Shown: in pieces, positions 60,983 to 64,000 of the stretch | Numbering within the stretch: the stretch's first letter is position 1 | Layout of the letters: each line of letters begins with the position of its first letter | Source of the DNA: Octopus bimaculoides | Lineage: Eukaryota | DNA: 64,000 nt | NCBI RefSeq assembly: GCF_001194135.2 | Contig: NC_068986.1 | Location: 44,765,462 to 44,829,461 of the forward strand | Direction of reading: 5' to 3' | Notes under the pieces: model-generated | The model's database searches: none | What the model was told of the DNA's origin: nothing | Seen by the model: only the letters and a program-made list of their open reading frames with translations | Translations under genes and position numbers: made by a program

Positions 60983-61447
60983 TGCCTTCAAAAATATTTC
61001 ACTATAGGAAAAATAAAATGTAAAACAGTTTCTTTTTTTCCCCTTATATTTTTACAATGAAGCATCAAACAGTTTTAATAACATTTCAATCACAAACTAA
61101 CGAAAGTTGAGAACAAATGATTAGTTTTAAATTTATTTTATTTATATATTTTCTGTTTTTGTAAAACAATTCTCCAATGAAGAAATGACATTTCATATAG
61201 AACGAGGAAACTTAAAACAAAATATGATCAATGTTAAATTCTTAATAGCCTTAACTTGTGTTTCTTGTTATATATATAATGTTATTAACTTTTTACTAAT
61301 GTCGAGTTGAGGATCCAATTTGAAAAAATGTCAGTGAAAGAATAATTTTTATTGATTAAAAAGCAGTTTAAGTAGACAAAGGAAAGAAGTTGAAGTAGGA
61401 AAAAAATTATGGAAGGTATGTGATTGTTTAGAAGAAAAAAATTTGAA

Positions 61448-61508
<61 letters not shown>

Positions 61509-62963
61509 TAGTAGTAGTAGTAGTAGTAGAGCATATGCAATATTCAGGTGCCTTGTTTATTTCCTTTCTGAAATATGCTTGTAAAAAAATAGTAAGATGG
61601 TCATATAGTTTTCAGAAAGATTTCTCTTGCACTTGTTTCATAAAAAATATACAGTGTAACAGAGATTGAAAAGAAAGATTACTAGAGGGAAGCATAATAT
61701 TATGCAATATGCAAGTTAGTCTAGAATAGAGGACAGAAATATGAGAAATGTACAAGTTTAGGCAAGGAAATGTTGCCATTGTATTGGGTTAAGTGCCTAC
61801 ATACACATTTTCTTGATTAAATATCATATATTTATATGTATAATATATATAATTATTGTAACAAAATAAACTTATTTACAATGATTTTTTTCAATGAATT
61901 TTGTACAGCATACACAACCACTATATACAGATATTGTTGCCATTCTCCTTATCACCATGCCCTGTTAAGAATCAAGGCAAAATATACCAGAGCACAACTG
62001 AATCTCAACAATAATTGATTAGTATAATGACAAATCCTTCTTCTCTCACACGCCTCATATGTATTATACATACATTGAAAGTATTTCATCCCAAAAGGGA
62101 TTTTGTTTCTACCTGACATTCATTCACAGAAAACGGGATGGATGAAAAAAAAATGTGGGGGGTTGCAGATCTAATAAAAAAAAAAGTGGGAGGGTTGAAT
62201 CTTTTGACCTACAACATAAATATTAACATAATAAATTTTCATATATATATATATATATATATGTGTGTGTATATATGTGTATATATACATATATATATAA
62301 TTATAGTAACAGACATTAAATAAAACAAATATATATATATTGAGAAAAATATAAAACAGATATAAAAAATGTAATGGAAGTTTATCCTGATGCTGGAATT
62401 TTAAGAAGCTAGATAGCAAATGTTCAAAGACTAATAGCCCAATTTGATGAGAAAAGTACTTAAAATAGCTTCTTAGGTTTACAAACACACTCACACATAT
62501 GCACAAAAAAAGTTGTTTTTTTTAATGTGGGATGGGGCATGGATATCATTTGCCTAGATTTCAATGTCTCCAGACTATTGAATCGGAAGACTTTTTGGCA
62601 ATTGATTTTTAAAAAGGTAAAAAACATCAAAGAGGAAAATGTACACATTAAAAGAAAGAAAATATCCTACAGCATTGAAGAGTTAAATAATCTGAAGCTA
62701 GATAAAATTATTAGAAATTAACAGTTGTGGAAAATTCTAGTATATAACCTAATAATTTGGTATTAATTTTTTAAATTCTTTTACTGCAATTATCTTTGTT
62801 AAATTTAATCTATGTTCTGGGAAATCAATAGAGTAAAATGAAAGGATCTAAATTTTGAAAAATACATTCTGATTAGTTAGTTACAGAGCAACCAGTAAAT
62901 GAGTACATCAGTTGTTTAGACTCAGACCAGCCTTGATCAAGACATTCCAACCGTGATCATCTG

Positions 62964-63009
<46 letters not shown>

Positions 63010-64000
63010 CAATATAGNNNNNNNNNNNNNNNNNNNNNNNNNNNNNNNNNNNNNNNNNNNNNNNNNNNNNNNNNNNNNNNNNNNNNNNNNNNNNNNNNNN
63101 NNNNNNNNNNNNNNNNNNNNNNNNNNNNNNNNNNNNNNNNNNNNNNNNNNNNNNNNNNNNNNNNNNNNNNNNNNNNNNNNNNNNNNNNNNNNNNNNNNNN
63201 NNNNNNNNNNNNNNNNNNNNNAAAAAAAAAAAAAAAAAAAAAACTAAAATAACCTGGTCCCAACCCCACAGTACAATTTAAATAATGTGTAATATTGCCC
63301 CCTCTCAAATCATTATTTTATTATTACTTAGTGAAAATCAAATTCATTTGACTACTTTGCCTCCAATCAGATAAAATTTAATTCATATATATGCATCTGC
63401 AATAAATTCATATATTTTTCTGGAAATGTATTAAATTTCAAATCAGAAAAGTAAGATAATAAAACATGTAGCACACATTACATATATATTTGAATAACAC
63501 AGAAGTATGCACAAGTTTCTTACACTAACGAAGTCATATCTGGTTGCCCATCGGATCTCCATTTGATCATTCAGTAAATATATCTTTGCTATTTGGAATA
63601 ACGTCACTATCAAATAATAGCTGTAGCTAACTCTCTCTGACTAGAATCAATGACTAATCACCTGGTTGTTTAAACTACAGCTACCAGTAGCAAAGTTTTT
63701 CTTCGGTGGGTTGTAACATTACAGGAATAATGCCGTGGAGAACACCAGTTAAAAGAAAATTAAACAAAGTATTTTAGTTGCAGTTTTTTTGTTTTTTTTT
63801 TAAACATGGTACTTTTTCTTTTCCATTTCATGTTTTGTTATACAAGAAATTTGTTGAGCTTATTTGAGAGCTTTACAATATAAGATTTTATATTAAAATT
63901 CAAAGCTGAGTATTTTTTTTTGTTTTTGTTGTTTTCTTCAATGGTTATTGGAAAAGAAAAAAGGTAAATAGACAAATCAAACCCTGTGAAATGAATAATT

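Noticed and set aside
62470-62590. CR1/L2-like RT fragment (MDIICLDFN)
   Set aside because: Single short motif; not enough to annotate
63500-63700. Minus-strand open stretch (…EIRWATRYDFV…), possible exon or hAT fragment
   Set aside because: No reliable splice boundaries or recognisable family match

Overview
AT-rich, microsatellite- and SINE-saturated eukaryotic scaffold with nine N-gaps. The repeat content points to a coleoid cephalopod, most likely Octopus (inference). Bases 796-34910 (+) carry the 3' part of a spliced gene. I reconstructed 15 coding exons by hand, all GT-AG and phase-compatible, totalling 2757 nt (918 aa + stop); the 5' end lies upstream of the window. The protein has the mucin-4 architecture: NIDO - AMOP - VWD with an intact GDPH motif - Ig-like linker - 3 EGF-like repeats - transmembrane helix - ~100-aa cytoplasmic tail ending DMAV. 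Most supplied ORFs are repeat-derived noise. The rest is a transposon landscape: at least three tRNA-derived SINE families with swapped heads and tails, an internally deleted Ty3/Gypsy element with both LTRs/PBS/PPT, two solo-LTR-like copies, RTE and R4/Dong-like LINE fragments, a Penelope-like remnant, mariner/Tc1 fragments, TTAA MITEs and two head-to-tail Helitrons. The most notable non-coding signal is a set of Penelope/retrozyme-type hammerhead ribozyme motifs: one core-intact and antisense in an intron, three degenerate or split. A CpG-rich zone at ~41-60 kb contains a candidate promoter/first exon (ATG|GTGAGT at 46042) of a second + strand transcript whose coding part I could not identify. 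All translations and alignments were done by eye, with no database searches.
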